DNA from: Acidobacteriota bacterium
Lineage (GTDB): Bacteria > Acidobacteriota > Thermoanaerobaculia > Gp7-AA8
Direction of reading: 5' to 3'
Assembly: GCA_019244185.1 (NCBI GenBank)
Contig: JAFATB010000014.1
Span: forward strand, 416,001-480,000
DNA: 64,000 bases
Part shown: positions 60,077-64,000 of the stretch, piece after piece
How the letters are laid out: each line of letters starts with the position of its first letter
How positions within the stretch are numbered: the stretch's first letter is position 1
Notes under the pieces: model-generated
Seen by the model: only the letters and a program-made list of their open reading frames with translations
Told to the model about the DNA's origin: nothing
The model's database searches: none
Translations under genes and position numbers: made by a program

Positions 60077-61420
60077 ATGAAGTGCATCGGCGCGTTGCTC
60101 CTGCTGTTCGCGATCGCGTGCTCCGCGTTCGCCGCTCCCGCTCCGCAGCTCAGCGACCGCGAGCTCCCGCCGGGCCTGATCGTGCCCGAGGCGGCGAAGC
60201 CGGGGCCGGACTTCGACGTCGAGCGCGCGACGCAGGCATATCTCGACGTGCTGACGCCGGAGCAGCGCGCGAAGTCCGACGCGTACTTTGAAGGCGGCTA
60301 CTGGCTCGAGCTGTGGGGCTTGCTCTACGGTCTCGCCGTCGCCGCGCTGCTGCTCTTCGGCGGTCTCTCCCGCCGCATGCGCGACGCCGCGCAGCGCGTG
60401 ACGCGCCGGCCGTTCCTCTCGACGTGGCTGTACGTCGCGATGTGGCTCCTCGTCGCGCAGCTGCTCGAGCTGCCGCTGGCGATCTACAGCGGCTACTTCC
60501 GCGAACATCAGTATGGGCTCTCGACGCTCACGTTCGGCGGCTGGCTGCGCGAAGGCGCGATCGGCCTCGGCGTGTCGCTGATCCTCGTGCCGCCGCTGGT
60601 GGCGCTGCTCTACGTCGCCGCGCGCAAGGCCGGCGAGCGGTGGTGGGTGTGGGCGAGCGGCATCATGTTCGTGGCCATCCTGCTGCTGATCATGATCGCG
60701 CCGGTCGCGATCGCGCCGCTCTTCAACAAGTACACACCTTTACCATCCGGCACCGTGCGCGACGAGGTGCTCTCGCTCGCGCGCGCGAACCGCATCCCCG
60801 CGACGAATGTCTATCTCTTCGACGCCTCGAAGCAGACCACGCGCGTCAGCGCCAACGTCTCCGGGATGCTCGGCACGACGCGCGTCTCGCTCAACGACAA
60901 CCTCCTCGCGCGCACGTCGCTGCCCGAGATCCGCGCCGTTCTCGGCCATGAGATGGGGCACTACGTGCTCAATCATCCGATGCGCCTGACGATCTATCTC
61001 ACCCTCGTCGTCGCCCTCGGATTCTTCATCGTCCACCGCGCGCTCGATGCCGCGCTGCGCCGCTGGGGCTCGCGCTGGGGCGCCGGCGATCGCACCGATC
61101 CCGCAGCGCTGCCCGCGGCCGTCGCGATCTTCGCGATCTTCTTCTTTTTCGCCACGCCGCTCGTGAACACGATCACGCGTCAGGCGGAAGCGGAGGCCGA
61201 CGCCTTCGGCATGAACGCAGCGCGCGAGCCGCACGGGTTCGCGACCGTCGCCATGCGCCTCTCGACATACCGCAAGCTCAATCCCGGTCCGCTCGAGGAG
61301 ATCCTCTTCTACGACCATCCGAGCGGCGCGGATCGCGTGCGCCGCGCGATGACGTGGCTGAAGGAAAACCAGAACGACCCGCACGTGCTCGCGTCGATGG
61401 CCACCGCCGCGAAAAAGTAG
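60077..61420 (+). CDS. M48 family (Ste24/HtpX-like) membrane zinc metalloprotease
   Basis: GLS..T...W, PLFN, ANVSG, HEMGH, E.EAD, DHP...R. Confidence 0.92.
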   Translation: MKCIGALLLLFAIACSAFAAPAPQLSDRELPPGLIVPEAAKPGPDFDVERATQAYLDVLTPEQRAKSDAYFEGGYWLELWGLLYGLAVAALLLFGGLSRRMRDAAQRVTRRPFLSTWLYVAMWLLVAQLLELPLAIYSGYFREHQYGLSTLTFGGWLREGAIGLGVSLILVPPLVALLYVAARKAGERWWVWASGIMFVAILLLIMIAPVAIAPLFNKYTPLPSGTVRDEVLSLARANRIPATNVYLFDASKQTTRVSANVSGMLGTTRVSLNDNLLARTSLPEIRAVLGHEMGHYVLNHPMRLTIYLTLVVALGFFIVHRALDAALRRWGSRWGAGDRTDPAALPAAVAIFAIFFFFATPLVNTITRQAEAEADAFGMNAAREPHGFATVAMRLSTYRKLNPGPLEEILFYDHPSGADRVRRAMTWLKENQNDPHVLASMATAAKK

Positions 61421-61426
61421 CCGCGG

Positions 61427-61921
61427 CTACGGCGTGTACGGCGTGAGCCGCGGCAGCCAGCGATGAACGTGCCGGCGGTACGCGGCGTATTCGTCGCCGA
61501 ACGAGCGCTGCAGCTTCGGCTCCTCGTAGAGCAGTACGAGGAGCGTCACCGCGCCGGCGAAGATCGCCGCGAGCCAGAACAACTCGTTGCGGATCGGCGG
61601 CAGCAGGAACGCCTCGCCGAGAAGGCAGAGCAGCATGCCGGCGTACATCGGATTGCGCACGAAGCGATAGCAGCCGCGCGCGACGAAGCGGCGCGGCGGA
61701 TCGAACGGCGCCGGCGTGCCGTGCCCCGTCCAGCCGAACTCCCACGTGCAGAGCAGCATGACGCCGAGGCCGAGGGCCATCGGGATCAGCGGCCAGCCGA
61801 TGCGCGGCGCGAGCGCGACGCCCTTGCCCGCCGCGATCCAGCGCGGGAAGAACCACGTCCACATCGACACGAAGACGGCCGCCATCACGAACGACCGCAA
61901 GAGAGCAAACGCGCGCGTCAT
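61427..61921 (-). CDS. isoprenylcysteine carboxyl methyltransferase/PEMT family membrane protein
   Basis: G.GTPAPFDPP, G.YRFVRNPMY, EEP.L...FG..Y..Y...V.RW. Confidence 0.88.
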   Translation of the reverse strand: MTRAFALLRSFVMAAVFVSMWTWFFPRWIAAGKGVALAPRIGWPLIPMALGLGVMLLCTWEFGWTGHGTPAPFDPPRRFVARGCYRFVRNPMYAGMLLCLLGEAFLLPPIRNELFWLAAIFAGAVTLLVLLYEEPKLQRSFGDEYAAYRRHVHRWLPRLTPYTP

Positions 61922-62310
61922 GGAGCCTCCGCTGGTTTCACCCCGCTGCCGAAGACGAGCATCGCGAACCCGATCGCGAAGAGCGTGTAGATCGCCGTCA
62001 CGATGACGAGCGAGGGCGTTGCGTGCGCGATCACGACCTTGAGCAGCGTGATCGCGCCGATGGCGAAATGCGTGAAGTTGCCGACGGAGACGGGACGGTT
62101 GTAGATGCCGCCGATGAGGCTGTTCTTCGCCAGCCAGTTCACCATCGCGAAGCCGACGTAGAGCGAGCCGGTGACTTGCGTGAGCAGCGTGGGGACGAGA
62201 TCCGCGGTGATGCTCATCGCGCGCAGCAGCTCCTGCGGCGCGAACAGCGCGACGACACCGGCGATCCCCATCGCAAGCGCACTGGCGGTCATCACGATTC
62301 GGCTTTGCAT
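61918..62310 (-). CDS. small 4-TM hypothetical protein
   Basis: hydrophobic segments, IGGIYNRP...NF.HF; ATGA overlap with the downstream gene. Confidence 0.78.
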   Translation of the reverse strand: MQSRIVMTASALAMGIAGVVALFAPQELLRAMSITADLVPTLLTQVTGSLYVGFAMVNWLAKNSLIGGIYNRPVSVGNFTHFAIGAITLLKVVIAHATPSLVIVTAIYTLFAIGFAMLVFGSGVKPAEAP

Positions 62311-62357
62311 GCGCCGATCTTAACGCTACGATCCGTCATCCCTAGGACTGGAAGAGC

Positions 62358-62738
62358 ATGACCGATCGCTTCGATCATCTGTCCCGCAGCAGCAGCGGCC
62401 TTCATTACGTGCGCGACCGCAAAGGCGGCGTCATGCGCGTGCTCACCGACTCCGAGCTCGCCGACTTCGACGATCCGCCGCCGTGCCCGCAGTGTTCCGA
62501 GCAATTCGGCTGCGACCATTTCAACTGTGCCGGCGAGCCGCTCCTCGGCGAGCAGGAGCTCGAATCAAATGTCCCCGCCGAATGGCTCCCGTTCGCGAAG
62601 GAAAACGGCGTGAGTCGCGGCGACGTCGAGCGTCTGCGCGCGATCGAGTTGCACGAAGGGGAGTACCGGCTCGCGGCGGGCGCGCAGGCGGACATGCGCA
62701 CGCAGGAGCTCGTGCTGCTGCTGAACGAAGAGCGCTGA
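62358..62738 (+). CDS. small hypothetical protein with a Cys/His cluster
   Basis: CPQC....CDHFNC; plausible codon usage. Confidence 0.68.
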   Translation: MTDRFDHLSRSSSGLHYVRDRKGGVMRVLTDSELADFDDPPPCPQCSEQFGCDHFNCAGEPLLGEQELESNVPAEWLPFAKENGVSRGDVERLRAIELHEGEYRLAAGAQADMRTQELVLLLNEER

Positions 62739-62753
62739 ACGTCGACGCTGGCC

Positions 62754-63428
62754 TCAGTCGCCTGCGCCGACGAAGATCAGCTCCGCGCCGGGGTGGTCGA
62801 GCCAGTCGGGCGTGTCGAGCTGCGCGTAGCGGCGGTCGCGGAAGCGCTGCTGCAGCGACGGCGGGAACGGCGTCGGAATGGTGACGTGCAGCTCGAGCCC
62901 ATCGAAGAGCTCCGACTGGAGATCGGGCGGATCGCTGAGACCCCACAGCGACGGATCGGGATTCGCGACGGTCACGATCACATCGCCGCTGCGTTCGAGC
63001 GCGAGGTGCGCGGCGACGGAGTCGTTGCGCTTCCGCTGCACGTGCCAGCGCAGATGCGCGTGCGCGCCGTGCCACATGAGGTCGTACATGCCCTGCGCGA
63101 ACGGCTGCGCCGCGGGCAGATGGCGCAGGCCGCGCGTCTTCGTGCCGTACACCTGCGCGCCGAGGGCCGCGTGCATGTCGTCGGGGGTCAGTACGAGATC
63201 GACGAAACCCCAGAAGCGATCGTGGCCTTTCGCGCGCGGAACGCGTTTGCGGCCGATGGCGATGAGGCGCTCGAACACGCCATCGGCCGGCGAGAGCAGC
63301 ATCAGCAGACGCTGCACGTCGCCCAGGTCGGTGGGATGTTGTTCTTCGACGCGCGGACGGTAGAGAAACGTGATCGAACCGTGCTCGAGTGTCTCTTCCG
63401 CCGCGACCGCTGACGTTCGCGCCATCAT
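62754..63428 (-). CDS. conserved-looking hypothetical protein
   Basis: E.G.I.F.YRPRV, DVQR..M.L, IGRKR.P, FWGFVD, Y.TKTRG, LD.PGAELI. Confidence 0.72.
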   Translation of the reverse strand: MMARTSAVAAEETLEHGSITFLYRPRVEEQHPTDLGDVQRLLMLLSPADGVFERLIAIGRKRVPRAKGHDRFWGFVDLVLTPDDMHAALGAQVYGTKTRGLRHLPAAQPFAQGMYDLMWHGAHAHLRWHVQRKRNDSVAAHLALERSGDVIVTVANPDPSLWGLSDPPDLQSELFDGLELHVTIPTPFPPSLQQRFRDRRYAQLDTPDWLDHPGAELIFVGAGD

Positions 63429-63454
63429 CCTTCACTACTTCAAATCAGGTGCCG

Positions 63455-64000
63455 TCAATCGCCGGAAACGAGTGCATTCATCCGCCATTTCTCGCCTTCT
63501 TTGAGGAAGCCAGCCCGCAGCGCGATCGGGCTGCGGATGAGCGCGTCTTCGACGTAGCCGGAGTGCCCGTCGAACGTCGTGATGCGGCGCCAGCCGTGCT
63601 GCGCCGGCTCGAGCTTGACGATGTCGTACGAGAGGGTCGCGATCGGCTTGCCGTTCGGCGCGTCGTGCAACGGAACGGAATCGCCGAGGATCGCGCCGCT
63701 GGTGAAGGCGTCATGGGATTCAGGCCAGGCGCTGTAGACGTACGGCGCCCAGAACATCCCTTCGCGGAACGAGCCGCCGTGCGTGAGGATCGTCGCGAGC
63801 TCGTCCCACGCGCCGGGACGCGCGAGCGCGTCGCGCAAGGCCGCGCTGCCGCCGCCCGCGCCGAACGACGTGCGGATCTTCGGATCGCTCAGCGCGACGA
63901 CGGCGTCGACGTCGCGCCGATGCACCGCGTCGAGGAGCTGGTGGCGATACGCGGCGAAGCTCGCGTCGCGCTTGCCTTCATCGACCGGCGTGAGCTTCGG
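63455..64000 (-). CDS. SH3-like domain hypothetical protein (5' end outside window)
   Basis: PVDE...DASF, SFG, F.APY, LSYDIV...W..I....G..GYV, RAGF; frame is open at the window edge. Confidence 0.72.
   Translation of the reverse strand, partial: PKLTPVDEGKRDASFAAYRHQLLDAVHRRDVDAVVALSDPKIRTSFGAGGGSAALRDALARPGAWDELATILTHGGSFREGMFWAPYVYSAWPESHDAFTSGAILGDSVPLHDAPNGKPIATLSYDIVKLEPAQHGWRRITTFDGHSGYVEDALIRSPIALRAGFLKEGEKWRMNALVSGD

Overview
High-GC, densely coded bacterial chromosome segment with about 60 CDSs. I found no rRNA, tRNA, CRISPR array, transposase or integrase. Gene content and protein style suggest Acidobacteriota, possibly Thermoanaerobaculia (inference only). Housekeeping genes (ispE, recO, aroD-aroE fusion, trpE-like, purC, bcp, pssA, psd, deaD, fadE-like) are mixed with many secreted hydrolases and peptidases. 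The best candidate for an undescribed system is a minus-strand three-gene unit at 31730-36434. It encodes an ECF-like sigma factor, a membrane-anchored zinc-finger anti-sigma/TPR-like/CHAT caspase-family protease with an intact His-Cys dyad, and a lower-GC protein of unknown family ending in GPDCSNSGYP. The second candidate is an orphan DUF4157-type effector (44095-45957) with a low-GC HExxH cargo, a dileucine plus Cys-cluster motif and a CFI-box-like C-terminus. Other signals: pervasive leaderless-type -10/start-codon spacing, a shared bidirectional -10 element, divergent genes with overlapping start codons, a 22-aa uORF coupled to a pirin gene, a 37-bp perfect inverted repeat pair, and an Asd-like protein lacking the catalytic Cys in the psd-pssA operon. 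All family calls come from motif recognition by eye; no database searches were run.
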